Assembly: GCA_963845145.1 (NCBI GenBank)
Contig: CAWJQU010000004.1
Location: 1-64,000 of the forward strand
DNA length: 64,000 nt
From: an uncultured delta proteobacterium
GTDB lineage: Bacteria > Desulfobacterota > Desulfobacteria > Desulfobacterales > QNYZ01
Reading direction: 5' to 3'
The position numbers and the translations under genes were made by a program. The notes under the pieces are model-generated. The model searched no databases and was not told the origin of the DNA. It saw only the letters and a program-made list of their open reading frames with translations. Numbering within the stretch: the stretch's first letter is position 1; each line of letters starts with the position of its first letter. Below are positions 41,168-51,429 of the stretch, piece by piece.

Positions 41168-43276
41168 CTATTTTGTGCGCCATGCTTTGGTTGCCTTTCG
41201 AAAGAAAGCGTTTATGCCTTCACCGAAAATACGAACGACAATGTTGGCAAAGACAATCAGCATGCACATGGCCGCGGCAGGGGCTTGATCGCCGGCATCA
41301 TCCATATTGACGACAGCCACAGAGGCCACCGCCGTGTCCGAAGAGTAAAGAAAAATAACCGCCGATACCGTCGCCATTGAGCTGACAAAATAATACATGG
41401 CAATTTCCAAAATCGCCGGAAAGCATACGGGGACGGTAACCCGAAAAAACGTTCGGTAAAATGGCACCGACATGGACTCGGAAACGGTTTCAAATTCTTT
41501 GTCGAGTTGTCGTAACGCCGAAGTAGCCGTTAAGAAGCTGACCGTGTAAAAGTGGATGATATTGGCAATGATGAGAATCCATAAAGTGCCATAGAGGCTA
41601 TTCATGGGATTATAAAATGAAATATCGGTAAAGGGGATTTTAAAGTGAGTGGTGTTGAAAAAGAAAATATAGGCGATACCGATCACCATACCCGGCAGGG
41701 CCAGGGGGATGATGGACAGAAAATAGGCCGCCTGTCGCAAAAGGGCCACCCGGCGTGTTTTTTCGATGAGGTATGCGGACCCGAAGGTGACCATCGTGCC
41801 GATTGCGGCTGTATAAGCCGCCATACGGATACTGTTCCAGAAAGAGCGATACCCGCCACCGCCTACATCGGCAAAGGTATAGTGCCAAAACCCCAGCGAA
41901 AAATCGTAGGGCCACATTTTTACCAGGGACCCGAAACCGGCGGCAAAGAGCATGGTTAGAATAAATCCGGCAATCAGCGAGGCAATGGTAAACATCACCG
42001 TATCCGTGCTCCAATTCCGTTTGGGAGTGTAGGGCACGCTACGGGCAGTCATGGCGACGATCTGTCGGCGTTGAACGATGCGGTCGGCGATAAAAGATAT
42101 AATCGCCGGGATCAGAAGGATAATACTGATGGTGGCACCCATGCCGAAGTTCTGCTGGCCGATAACCTGTTTATAAATATCGACGGCCAGGATATTGTAA
42201 TTGCCACCGACCACTTTGGGTGCTCCGAAATCCGTAAAACATAAAGTGAAGCAAACGAAAATAGCGCTGACCAGACCAAATTTTATTCCGGGAAGCGTGA
42301 CGGTAAAAAAGATTCGTGTCGGCTTGGCCCCCAGGCTGACGGCGGCCTCATACAGCCGCGCATCGGTATTCAGAAGAGAGACCATCAGGATCATGTATGC
42401 CGCCGGAAAGGTAAAAACGGTTTCGGCAATGATAATGCCGACCGGGCCGTACAGCCCAATATCCCATTGCAGCCAGGGCAGGTGTCCGAAAAAGCCGGTG
42501 GTAATAAAGCCTTTGTTGCCAAAAATAAATACCAGCGACAGACCGTAAAGCATGGTCGGTGCATACAGGGGCAGCATGGCAACGATGCGGAAAAAAGCTT
42601 TGCCTGGAATCAGGCTGCGGGTAACGGCATACGCATAGGCCAGGGCTAAAATGACAGCGATAAACGTTGTCAATACGGAAACAAAAAGGCTGTTGTAAAC
42701 CGAATAATAAAGCGCCCGGTTGGAAAAATAATTAACAAAGTTGCTGAGCCCAATCCAACTGCGAACCTGCCCACTATATTCATCGCCTTCAAGGGGGATG
42801 CCGTTGATCATATACCGATCGCCGTCCACGGTAGCCGTCACTTCCTTTATCTTGACCGGGTCGGCATAGTTCATTGCCTTGGTGCAGGCGACCTTGTATA
42901 TTTTTTCATTTCTCACTTTGACGGTAAGACCATCGTGGGTGTAAATATTGTCCATCAATGGAAACGTCTTTTTATCTATCACCAATTGCAGGGTTTCCTG
43001 GTTGATGAAAACCCGCCGGCCGCCAATTCGCACATCATCACCACCCCAGATGGATACCAGCACATCGGCATGCATACTGCGATCAATAAGCTGGTAGACA
43101 GGAAGGAGGACGGCCACGAGCATCCAGATGATCATGAGGAAAATCAGTGCCCGCTTGAGCCAGTTTTCCGAACTGGTCCGTTGCCGAACCTTCTGGGCAA
43201 CGACGGTCAGTGGGTCAAATACCCGGATGGCGGATTTTAGCCGTTTTTGCGTGCTGGCGGTGTCTGATTCCGGCAT
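41168..43276 (-). CDS. phnU2: Putative 2-aminoethylphosphonate ABC permease (fused double permease)
   Basis: GLSNF..YF, D.RLYEAA.SLGA, TDFGAPKVVGG.YN.LA.DIYKQV.GQQNF, MATVSAVIFLY, MDDAGD. Confidence 0.88.
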   Translation of the reverse strand: MPESDTASTQKRLKSAIRVFDPLTVVAQKVRQRTSSENWLKRALIFLMIIWMLVAVLLPVYQLIDRSMHADVLVSIWGGDDVRIGGRRVFINQETLQLVIDKKTFPLMDNIYTHDGLTVKVRNEKIYKVACTKAMNYADPVKIKEVTATVDGDRYMINGIPLEGDEYSGQVRSWIGLSNFVNYFSNRALYYSVYNSLFVSVLTTFIAVILALAYAYAVTRSLIPGKAFFRIVAMLPLYAPTMLYGLSLVFIFGNKGFITTGFFGHLPWLQWDIGLYGPVGIIIAETVFTFPAAYMILMVSLLNTDARLYEAAVSLGAKPTRIFFTVTLPGIKFGLVSAIFVCFTLCFTDFGAPKVVGGNYNILAVDIYKQVIGQQNFGMGATISIILLIPAIISFIADRIVQRRQIVAMTARSVPYTPKRNWSTDTVMFTIASLIAGFILTMLFAAGFGSLVKMWPYDFSLGFWHYTFADVGGGGYRSFWNSIRMAAYTAAIGTMVTFGSAYLIEKTRRVALLRQAAYFLSIIPLALPGMVIGIAYIFFFNTTHFKIPFTDISFYNPMNSLYGTLWILIIANIIHFYTVSFLTATSALRQLDKEFETVSESMSVPFYRTFFRVTVPVCFPAILEIAMYYFVSSMATVSAVIFLYSSDTAVASVAVVNMDDAGDQAPAAAMCMLIVFANIVVRIFGEGINAFFRKATKAWRTK

Positions 43277-43318
43277 TGTTAGCGTCCAAACCTATTGGTA
43301 ATCTTCATTGTCGCCCTA

Positions 43319-44446
43319 TTATTCACCTTTTGGCTCAAATATCAGCAGGCGTTCCGGAGGAAAATAGATGGACAACGGGCTGTTTTTCTTTATTTCCAAC
43401 CGCTCAATTTTCTCGGCGGGCAGATCGGCCTCAATTGCGGGAGATTTCAAATTCTCATCTTCGACCTTAAGGCGCAGACGTAAGCGATAGGAGGAACCGC
43501 GAAACTCAATTTTCTCTACATTCGTGGCCAGAATATTTTCACCCCTGTCGCTGGTTTCCAGGACCCGAATATCTTCCGGGCGGATGGTAACTGTGACTTC
43601 CCTCCCTATAAAATCTTTGGTTTTACCGTTTGCCGCTTCAAGCTTATGGTTTCCATAGCAGAGTGTGGTTTGGTCACATACTTTCCACCCGGATAGAAAA
43701 TTCATGGTACCGATAAAGCCGGCGACAAATGGGTCCCTGGGCGTATGGTAAAGGGATTGGGGCGAGTCGCACTGGATGATTCGACCCGCGTTGATGAGGA
43801 TGACACGGTCGGCCATGGTCAGCGCTTCCTCCTGGTCATGGGTAACCATAATCGTGGTAATTTGAAGCCGTTGCTGCAGTTCCCGGATTTCACTTCTTAG
43901 GTAAACCCTCACCTGGGCGTCCAGAGCGGACAACGGTTCATCTAAAAGCAGCATGGCCGGGCTCGGCGCCAGGGCTCGAGCCAAGGCTACCCGCTGTTGC
44001 TGCCCCCCGGATAGCTGGGCCGGATATTTTTTGCCGGTATCACCCAGCCCTACCAGATCAAGCATCTTTTGGGCTCGTTTGGACCGATCTTTTTTATTGT
44101 AATCCGAACCCTTAAGGCCGTAAGAAACATTCTGCGCAGCGGTGATATTGGGAAAGAGTGCGTAGGATTGAAAAACGATACCGCACTCTCTTTGGGAGGT
44201 GGGCATGCGGGAAATATCATTGCCCTTCAATATGACTTGCCCGACATTTTGTTCTTCTAAGCCGGCGATCACGCGCAGCAATGTCGTTTTCCCACAACCA
44301 CTGGGTCCGAGGATACAGACCAGCTCTCCGGGATAGACTTCCATGGAAACATCTTCCAAGGCCACAAAACGGCCGAATGTCTTGGTGACATTCCTGACCT
44401 CTAAGAAGGGTTCGCCACCGATTTTTTGGGCTGGTTCCGGAGGCAT
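43319..44446 (-). CDS. phnT2: Putative 2-aminoethylphosphonate ABC ATPase
   Basis: GPSGCGKT, LSGGQQQR, VTHDQEEA, TOBE-like tail. Confidence 0.9.
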   Translation of the reverse strand: MPPEPAQKIGGEPFLEVRNVTKTFGRFVALEDVSMEVYPGELVCILGPSGCGKTTLLRVIAGLEEQNVGQVILKGNDISRMPTSQRECGIVFQSYALFPNITAAQNVSYGLKGSDYNKKDRSKRAQKMLDLVGLGDTGKKYPAQLSGGQQQRVALARALAPSPAMLLLDEPLSALDAQVRVYLRSEIRELQQRLQITTIMVTHDQEEALTMADRVILINAGRIIQCDSPQSLYHTPRDPFVAGFIGTMNFLSGWKVCDQTTLCYGNHKLEAANGKTKDFIGREVTVTIRPEDIRVLETSDRGENILATNVEKIEFRGSSYRLRLRLKVEDENLKSPAIEADLPAEKIERLEIKKNSPLSIYFPPERLLIFEPKGE

Positions 44447-44469
44447 AAAAAAACTCCTTTAAAAAGATA

Positions 44470-44497
44470 CCGGCGCGCCCATAGAAGGGCGCGCCGG
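44470..44497 (-). terminator. GC-rich hairpin after the substrate-binding gene (terminator or mRNA stabiliser)
   Basis: CCGGCGCGCCC-ATAGAA-GGGCGCGCCGG. Confidence 0.7.
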
Positions 44498-44545
44498 AAA
44501 GGATGATTAACGATTGTTCAGAAATGATGCATTAGGTCGATTCTA

Positions 44546-45601
44546 TTATTTTTTGGGCAGGCTCTTGCCATCATAGCGCTTGGTCCACTCTTTCAGAATC
44601 GCCGCCCGATTTCGCGCTGCCCAGTCAAAATCATTGTCGATGAGCTGCACGGCGGGATCCTGGGGATATCCATCGGGTACGGTGACTGGAACCACTTTGG
44701 AACCGATGATGGGATAAACCTTGACATACATTTTAAAGGCATCGTCACTGATAGCCCAGTCTAGAAAAACCTTAGCTTCAGGTTTCATCTTCGGTTTTTT
44801 GATCAATCCGTTGGCCTCAACTTCCCAGCCTGATTTTTCCTTGGGAAAGGCCACCTCAACAGGCTCGCCTTTGCTCTTTTGTTTAAAGCCACGATAAGCA
44901 AACGAGATGCCGATGGGATACTCGCCTTTGCCGGCCATCTTGGCGGGTTTTGACCCGGAGTGGGTGTAAACGGCGATATTTTCGTGAAGTTTATCAAGAT
45001 AGGCCCAGCCCTTTTCTTCTCCCATGATTTGGAGAATGGCGGAAACGGTTAAAAACCCTGTTCCTGAAGAGGCCGGGTTTGGCATCACTATGTGCCCTTT
45101 ATACATGGGATCCGCTAAATCGGCATAGGATTGCGGTAATTTGAGGCCTTTGGTCTTCATTTCGATCGTGTTTCCCACAATTCCGGTCATGTAGGCTTTC
45201 AAACCGGTCCAATGGGCCTCTTTGTTTTTCTGGTCAAAGAAGGCAGGCTTGAGATTTTCGATGCCCTTGGGGTTATAACCCGCCAGCATGCCGACCTGGT
45301 CGCAGACCAACAGGCTTGTGGCTGACAGGCCCCAAATCAGGTCTGCCTGAGGGTTGTCTTTTTCGGCCAGAAGCTTAGCGGTGACGATACCGGTGGAGTC
45401 GCGGACAATATTGGCCTTTATGTCAGGATGTTTGGCTTCCCAGTCCTTCATGTAAATGGCCAACTCGTCGTCTTCAAGGGCCGTATATACCAGGATTTCC
45501 CCGGCATAGAGATTTGAAAAACCGACAAGGGTAAGGGCCAGGGCGATGCCGAAGGTCCAGCTAAAAAATCGGATAAAACGATGGGTACGAAATGGGTTCA
45601 T
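44546..45601 (-). CDS. phnS2: Putative 2-aminoethylphosphonate ABC substrate-binding protein
   Basis: [52 protein letters not shown]. Confidence 0.9.
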   Translation of the reverse strand: MNPFRTHRFIRFFSWTFGIALALTLVGFSNLYAGEILVYTALEDDELAIYMKDWEAKHPDIKANIVRDSTGIVTAKLLAEKDNPQADLIWGLSATSLLVCDQVGMLAGYNPKGIENLKPAFFDQKNKEAHWTGLKAYMTGIVGNTIEMKTKGLKLPQSYADLADPMYKGHIVMPNPASSGTGFLTVSAILQIMGEEKGWAYLDKLHENIAVYTHSGSKPAKMAGKGEYPIGISFAYRGFKQKSKGEPVEVAFPKEKSGWEVEANGLIKKPKMKPEAKVFLDWAISDDAFKMYVKVYPIIGSKVVPVTVPDGYPQDPAVQLIDNDFDWAARNRAAILKEWTKRYDGKSLPKK

Positions 45602-46086
45602 TGTCTCCTCCTCTGTGGTTGGCGCGGTTAGCGGGTGGTCTAAAGGGCGACGATTACTTCAAGATAAAACACGGTCGGCTTGAATAGGGGACAAATAGCG
45701 GAATTAACACAACCTGACAAGGCAAAAGCCGTCCCATGATTCACTCTCATGAAATTCTAACACAATGAGCAAGTACTTAACAATAGCGAGCACGGTTATA
45801 AAGGGGTTTGGACTTATTGAATCGTAATTTTAGCGATAGTTCAATCTATCATGAATCGGTTTAGGTGTCGCCTTTTTAAAAAGGGCAACAGATTTGTTGA
45901 GTTTCTGATAAAAAAATATTTTTTATCACCGCTTTTATCATCGCGGCTGTATAAACATCTATAACTTTAAACTAACTATGTCAAGAAATTAACTGTGTCA
46001 AGTAATTTCGTCAAGGTAATTAATATTATCATTTTAATAATAAATAGTTATCGATTGTTTGCAGAATGGGCGCAATAATTGTTTTG

Positions 46087-47439
46087 TCAGATGAGGCTTT
46101 TTTCCACCTGGCCAAGGGACAGGTCGAGAATATCAATGGCTTTGTCCATTTCATCCCGTGTAATGACCAACGCCGGTGTCAGGGTGAGAATATTACCCAT
46201 TGTCAGTTTGAAGCTCAAGCCATTGGATAGGGCGCTGTACATAACGGCTTCGGCTTCTTCGTTGGCAGGGTGTCCGTTTTTGATAAGCTCGATACCTAAA
46301 AACAGGCCGATACCGCGGACGTTCCCGATAAGCGGATGTCGGGATTGCATTTTTTGCATGCGGTCCAAGGCATGGGTCCCAATTTCACGCGCATGGGCCG
46401 GTAGATTATTGGCTTCGATATATTCGATAGCCGCCAGAGCAGCCGCGCAGGCAACCGGGCTTTTTTCATGGGTGTAGTGGCCCAGTGCACGGTCGCCGGC
46501 TTGATCCAGGTCCTTTCGGGCGATTACAGCCGCCAGGGGCATGATCCCGCCGCCCAAGCCCTTGCCGATACATAAAATATCGGGCGTGACATCGAAATTT
46601 TCGCAGGTAAACATTTTTCCCGTGCGGCCCAGAGCATGGGGAATTTCATCGAAAATCAACAAGGCGCCATAAGTGTCGCAGGCCCGGCGAATTTGTTGCC
46701 AATATTTTTTGGACGGGACATAAGGCGTGCTTCGAATCGGCTCGGCGATTACAGCCGCGATGTCGCCCTCTTGCTTTAATATGTACGCCACATAAGCGGC
46801 GCAAAACATCTCCCATTCTTCATCGCCCCCCAGGTCGTAAAATGCCCGGGACGGATCGGGGGCAGGGACGTGTTCAGTACCCGGTAACAGCGGTCCGGCA
46901 TTTTTTCTAAACACCGCCTCGCCGCCGATGGATATGGCGTCTAAGGTGGCGCCATGAAAGGCATCCCACATGGAGATGGTTTTATGTCGGCCGGTGACCA
47001 CCCGGGCCAATTTTAGAGCGATACCGATCGCCTCAGCGCCACCGGGACAAAAAAGGACTTTATTCAGATCGCCAGGGGCTAAGGTCGCGAGTTTTTCCGC
47101 CAGGTTGACGGCTGTTTCGTTGGTGTAGCGGCGTGTACAAAAAGAGAGGGTGTCGAGTTGCTTTTTAATGGCCGCAATGACTTCGGTGTTACCGAAACCC
47201 ACCTGGTGTACGTTGTTGCCGTGAAAATCCATGTAGCGTCGTCCCTGGAGATCTTCTATATAGATACCCTCGCAGGACTTCATGGCATTCAGGCAGGGTG
47301 AGGAGAGCGATTGCTCCAGAAAGTAGAGATGGTCACGCTCAAGCAATTCCCGAGTGGCATCGTTAAGATGTTTCTGCTGCCATTTTATCCGCCTATCGGT
47401 AAGATTGATATCACCCTCGGATTTATCGTATTCACCCAT
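46087..47439 (-). CDS. pbfA: (R)-1-hydroxy-2-aminoethylphosphonate ammonia-lyase (class III PLP fold)
   Basis: SEGDINL, QSLSSPCL, MDFHGNNVHQ.G, FHGATLD..S.GG, GKGLGGG, GHYTHEK; phosphonate context. Confidence 0.82.
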   Translation of the reverse strand: MGEYDKSEGDINLTDRRIKWQQKHLNDATRELLERDHLYFLEQSLSSPCLNAMKSCEGIYIEDLQGRRYMDFHGNNVHQVGFGNTEVIAAIKKQLDTLSFCTRRYTNETAVNLAEKLATLAPGDLNKVLFCPGGAEAIGIALKLARVVTGRHKTISMWDAFHGATLDAISIGGEAVFRKNAGPLLPGTEHVPAPDPSRAFYDLGGDEEWEMFCAAYVAYILKQEGDIAAVIAEPIRSTPYVPSKKYWQQIRRACDTYGALLIFDEIPHALGRTGKMFTCENFDVTPDILCIGKGLGGGIMPLAAVIARKDLDQAGDRALGHYTHEKSPVACAAALAAIEYIEANNLPAHAREIGTHALDRMQKMQSRHPLIGNVRGIGLFLGIELIKNGHPANEEAEAVMYSALSNGLSFKLTMGNILTLTPALVITRDEMDKAIDILDLSLGQVEKSLI

Positions 47440-47517
47440 TGAATGGCCTTTACGTTTATTTCTGTGTCATACGGAGAAAAAATTAGGAAAACTATGCCTC
47501 GCTCCTAATAGTCTTTG

Positions 47518-48300
47518 TTACTTACCTTTATAGTTGGGTTTTCGCTTTTCCTGAAATGCGGCCAAGCCTTCAAGTCGATCCTCGCTGGGGATTAAAGTCC
47601 AGTACGCATTGGATTCAATGGCCAGGCCGGTAGACAGATCCGTCTCCAGGCCGTGGTTGATGGCATGCTTGGCCTGAGCGATGGCCAGAGGCCCGGCCTC
47701 GCAGATCGTGGCCGCCATTTGTCGACATTCGGATAAAAGCGCATCGGGTTCCACTACTTTATTGACCAATCCAATGGAAAGGGCTTCCTCGGCACTGATA
47801 CGGGCCCCGGTAAAAATCAACTCTTTGGCCTTTCCCTTTCCCACTAGCCGGGGCAATCGTTGGGTTCCCCCCGCGCCGGGTATGATGGCCAGACGGGTTT
47901 CGGTAAGGCCCATGGTGGCGTTGGTGGATGCGATTCGCAAATCAGCCGCCAAGGCCAATTCCGTTCCCCCGCCTAGCGCCACCCCGTTGACCGCGGCGAT
48001 GACGGGTTGGTTTAAGTTCTCTATCCGGGTAAACAGATCACGTATGGTGTAAATATACGCTTTTACCTGCACCGGTGACATTGTGCGCCTCTCCTTGAGA
48101 TCAGCCCCGGCGCAAAAGGCACGGTCGCCGGCGCTGGTGATGATCACCACGCGAATATCGGTATTGAATCGAATTTCGTCGATCTTTTGTTCGAGGGCGT
48201 GGAGGAGTGGAAAGTTGAGTGAGTTCATAATTTCGGGGCGGTTAAGCGTCAAGTAAAGAATGCCATCTTCTTCTTTGGCTAATAAGATGTCGTCGGTCAT
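47518..48300 (-). CDS. Enoyl-CoA hydratase (methylglutaconyl-CoA hydratase-like)
   Basis: AFCAGADLKER, GGGTELALA.D, GLTET.LAIIPGAGGTQRLPR. Confidence 0.9.
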   Translation of the reverse strand: MTDDILLAKEEDGILYLTLNRPEIMNSLNFPLLHALEQKIDEIRFNTDIRVVIITSAGDRAFCAGADLKERRTMSPVQVKAYIYTIRDLFTRIENLNQPVIAAVNGVALGGGTELALAADLRIASTNATMGLTETRLAIIPGAGGTQRLPRLVGKGKAKELIFTGARISAEEALSIGLVNKVVEPDALLSECRQMAATICEAGPLAIAQAKHAINHGLETDLSTGLAIESNAYWTLIPSEDRLEGLAAFQEKRKPNYKGK

Positions 48301-48314
48301 CGGTTTCTCCTCTA

Positions 48315-49463
48315 TTAGCAGCCGATATGGCGCGAAATAACGATACGCTGAACTTCGGAAGTGCCTTCACCGATATCGAGCAATTTCTGATCCCTATAGA
48401 ATCGTTCTACCTGGTACTCTTTCATCAGTCCGTAACCGCCATGAACCTGAACGGCGTTGTTGACGACCCTGCCCATAGTTTCAGAGCAGTAAAGTTTGGC
48501 CATGGCGGCCAGTTTTTCAAAGGGGCGTTTGTGGTCCCGCATCCAGCAAGATTTGTACAATAGATTTCGAGCGCACTCGATTTCCATGGCTGCATCGGCA
48601 AGCTTGAAAGCCACACCCTGAAATTTGGAAATGGGTTGGCCGAATTGCTCTCTTTTCTGTGCATATTTTAGGGCCAGTTCATAGGCCCCCTGCGCACCCC
48701 CCAGACCCATAGCGGCAATGGACAAACGGCCGCCGTCGAGGGTTTTGAGCATCTGATGAAACCCGTCACCCTGGTTGCCGAGGATGTTCTCGGCCGGGAC
48801 GCGCACGCTGTCAAAATACAACTCAGCCGTACTTGACGATCGCCACATCATCTTCTTTTTCATGGGGACTGCTTTAAATCCAGGTGTGTCGGATTCGACC
48901 AAAAAACAGGTATATTCCGGCTTGCCACTCGGCAGGGTTCCGGTAATGGCCTGGACGGTTACACCCAACGACAGTTCGCAGGCGGCATTGGTAATAAAGA
49001 TCTTTGATCCATTGATCACCCATTCGTTGCCGTCCTTCACGGCAGTGGTTTTGCTTCCCCCGGCATCAGAACCAGCGGTGGGTTCGGTCAACCCAAAACC
49101 CCATAACCCTTCACCGGTGCAGAGTGTGGGTAGATAGGCCTCTTTTTGGGCTTTTGTTCCGAAATAGTAGAGCGGCCCAATGCCCAGAGAGTTGCCGGCA
49201 GCAATCGTCGCTGCTTGGGAGCCATCAATCCGGGCAACTTCTTCGACAGCGATAATATATGAGAGGTAGTCCATTCCCTGGCCTTCGTATTTTTCTGGAA
49301 CGAACATGCCAAAAAGACCGATTTCCCCCATTTTTTGGGTGAGTTGGGGAGAAAAGGTTTCCGATTCGTCAAGCATTTCAGCCACCGGTCTGATTTCACT
49401 TTGGGCAAACTTCCGAACTTCCTTGCGGATCATTTCTTGTTCAACGGATAGATCGAAATTCAA
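48315..49463 (-). CDS. Acyl-CoA dehydrogenase (possibly isovaleryl-CoA)
   Basis: FGLTEP.AGSD, INGSKIFITN, R.QFG.PI, HGGYG, IGEGTSE; TTG start with GGAGG. Confidence 0.92.
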   Translation of the reverse strand: MNFDLSVEQEMIRKEVRKFAQSEIRPVAEMLDESETFSPQLTQKMGEIGLFGMFVPEKYEGQGMDYLSYIIAVEEVARIDGSQAATIAAGNSLGIGPLYYFGTKAQKEAYLPTLCTGEGLWGFGLTEPTAGSDAGGSKTTAVKDGNEWVINGSKIFITNAACELSLGVTVQAITGTLPSGKPEYTCFLVESDTPGFKAVPMKKKMMWRSSSTAELYFDSVRVPAENILGNQGDGFHQMLKTLDGGRLSIAAMGLGGAQGAYELALKYAQKREQFGQPISKFQGVAFKLADAAMEIECARNLLYKSCWMRDHKRPFEKLAAMAKLYCSETMGRVVNNAVQVHGGYGLMKEYQVERFYRDQKLLDIGEGTSEVQRIVISRHIGC

Positions 49464-49531
49464 GGGTGCCTCCCGGTTATGATTGAAGATTGTCGGGTCA
49501 TCGTCTATTTGCGGACTATCTATCCGGTTAA

Positions 49532-50710
49532 CTACCCAGCGTATAGTTTGGTAACGCTCTCAGGCAATTTTCCTTTCGTCAGCATAAAAGAGCGGCAGGG
49601 CATGGACGAGCGACCAAAATTTTTCTGCTGAGCTGCAAACGTATCCAACACATCCGACCGGAAATCATTGCCCAGGGTCAACAGCACTTCCTGATTAATA
49701 CCGGTGTCAACGCCGATTTCATGAAACATTGCCACCATATCCTCGGTTGAAATCAGGCCATGGTTAAAGTGATCGCTGTAGTAATCGCCCTCGCGTCCTT
49801 TAATCACGACGCCGTCCACCGTGTTGGCCGGTTGCCCGCCAATGCCGGACAGGCAGGATTCAAAGCGAATAATTCCGGCTTTAAGCGCTGCTGCTGCGTT
49901 TCTAAGGGCCGATGCCATGTTTTTGGTGTGAAAGTGTGCAATGTAAAGCTTGGGATCGGCATAGTCGCGACCGTCCGGGCCTGTGCCCATCTCCTGGGGA
50001 TCAAGTACACGACTGAAAAACTCATAGGATTTGTGATAATCGGTAACCGAGCCGTCATGGTCGGCGAGTTCTATGTCGTCAGCCCCGCAATCCAGATAGC
50101 GCTTGGTAAAGGCGATGGCAAAATCGAGCTTTTCTTCCATGCTGTATTGTTTGTTGAATTTTTCAAAGGGGCTGCCCCAAATGGTGCTGACGGTACCGTT
50201 TACAACGATTCCTCGACTGTGGGCGGCTTTAATCACCTGTTCGGTCATGGTGAAGTACTGGTCATGGGTCTTGCCCGAATTGGCCATCTGATGCTCAGGG
50301 CAGGTTGATGTCATTTGAAGAATACGGTCCGGGCCATGCCCCGCATCAATGTCCTTGAAGGCCCGTTCAGCACCTCTTTCATGGATGGTAACCGCTGTCA
50401 GTTCCACATCGCCGCCGTTGCGTTTCATCATTTCGCCTATGGTTCTGCCATCCGGCGCCTTGGTTTCGCTGTTCAGCATACGCTTTAATACTTCCGTGGC
50501 ATCTGGAAAAAAGGGTACAAATTTAGGGTGACCGTAATTGGTGGCCTCCATCCGCTTAAAGCCTGCGAGAATAAGGCCTTCCAGATATTTAACCTTGGTG
50601 TCGGTATCAATAACGGTCTCCAGCGATTGCAAGCCGTCCCTGATGGTGATATCGCTGAGCTCTACTTTTCTTCCTGTCAATTGATCCTTGGTAATGTAGG
50701 TGTCTGACAT
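49532..50710 (-). CDS. HMG-CoA lyase-like DRE-TIM metallolyase
   Basis: D.TIRDGLQ, LADHDG, HFH, GIGGQP, STED. Confidence 0.78.
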   Translation of the reverse strand: MSDTYITKDQLTGRKVELSDITIRDGLQSLETVIDTDTKVKYLEGLILAGFKRMEATNYGHPKFVPFFPDATEVLKRMLNSETKAPDGRTIGEMMKRNGGDVELTAVTIHERGAERAFKDIDAGHGPDRILQMTSTCPEHQMANSGKTHDQYFTMTEQVIKAAHSRGIVVNGTVSTIWGSPFEKFNKQYSMEEKLDFAIAFTKRYLDCGADDIELADHDGSVTDYHKSYEFFSRVLDPQEMGTGPDGRDYADPKLYIAHFHTKNMASALRNAAAALKAGIIRFESCLSGIGGQPANTVDGVVIKGREGDYYSDHFNHGLISTEDMVAMFHEIGVDTGINQEVLLTLGNDFRSDVLDTFAAQQKNFGRSSMPCRSFMLTKGKLPESVTKLYAG

Positions 50711-50872
50711 TTTTTTTCCTTTCCTTTTCAAATTCAAATCGAACAGATCGAAATTTAAGGGTGCCTCGTGGTTATAATTAAAGACCGACGATTTAAAAGA
50801 TTTTCAGTCTGAGATCCTTCTTTTTTCGTTAATGATATTTTTAATGAGCAAGCGTCAATCAACCAAAAAATT

Positions 50873-50924
50873 GAACGAGCGCTCAGTCGGAATCGATTAT
50901 AAAAAACGCACATGAGGTTGTCAA
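50873..50924 (-). promoter_or_regulatory. Consensus sigma70 promoter plus TetR-type operator
   Basis: TTGACA (50924-50919)-17-TATAAT (50901-50896), followed by GACTGAGCGCTCGTTC (50888-50873). Confidence 0.8.
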
Positions 50925-50994
50925 TGTTTTTTTGTTTAGAATGCTTACTGGAAAAAAAGAAAAATTTTGAAGAATGTTAATCTGAAAGCGTGTC

Positions 50995-51429
50995 TTAAGC
51001 GCTGACGGCCTGGAGGTAAACCAAAAGAGGGATCATGTGTAGATCTTTCGAAATTTCTTTTGTCTGGCCCAGGCGCCACTTTGATATGGATGCATTTTTA
51101 CCCAAAACAGTATCAATTTTTGCAACCAGGTTTTTGATGTCGATCGCCGGATGCCGCATAAAGACCTGTGGAAGCCCATAGGTCAGATTACAGGCCAGGC
51201 ACTTTCCCGGCTTTCGTTTAAGTTTGAAACAAAATTCAAGATAGTCCGGCCGGCATCCCTGAAACGATAATTCAATATCATAGGCGCCTTCGTCAATATC
51301 GCCGAAAAGAGCCTCGAAAAATTGGTTCGACCTGTTTTTGGGGAACAGGTCGTTGCAAACGGCGTCGGTAAAAACCGATTTTAGCTTTTTTTCATCAACC
51401 TTCACTGGATATTTGCCGCCTTTCGCCAC
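50995..51429 (-). CDS. Conserved hypothetical protein
   Basis: FFEALFGD..EGAYDI, CLACNLTYGLPQVF.RHP, W.LG.T. Confidence 0.75.
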   Translation of the reverse strand: MAKGGKYPVKVDEKKLKSVFTDAVCNDLFPKNRSNQFFEALFGDIDEGAYDIELSFQGCRPDYLEFCFKLKRKPGKCLACNLTYGLPQVFMRHPAIDIKNLVAKIDTVLGKNASISKWRLGQTKEISKDLHMIPLLVYLQAVSA

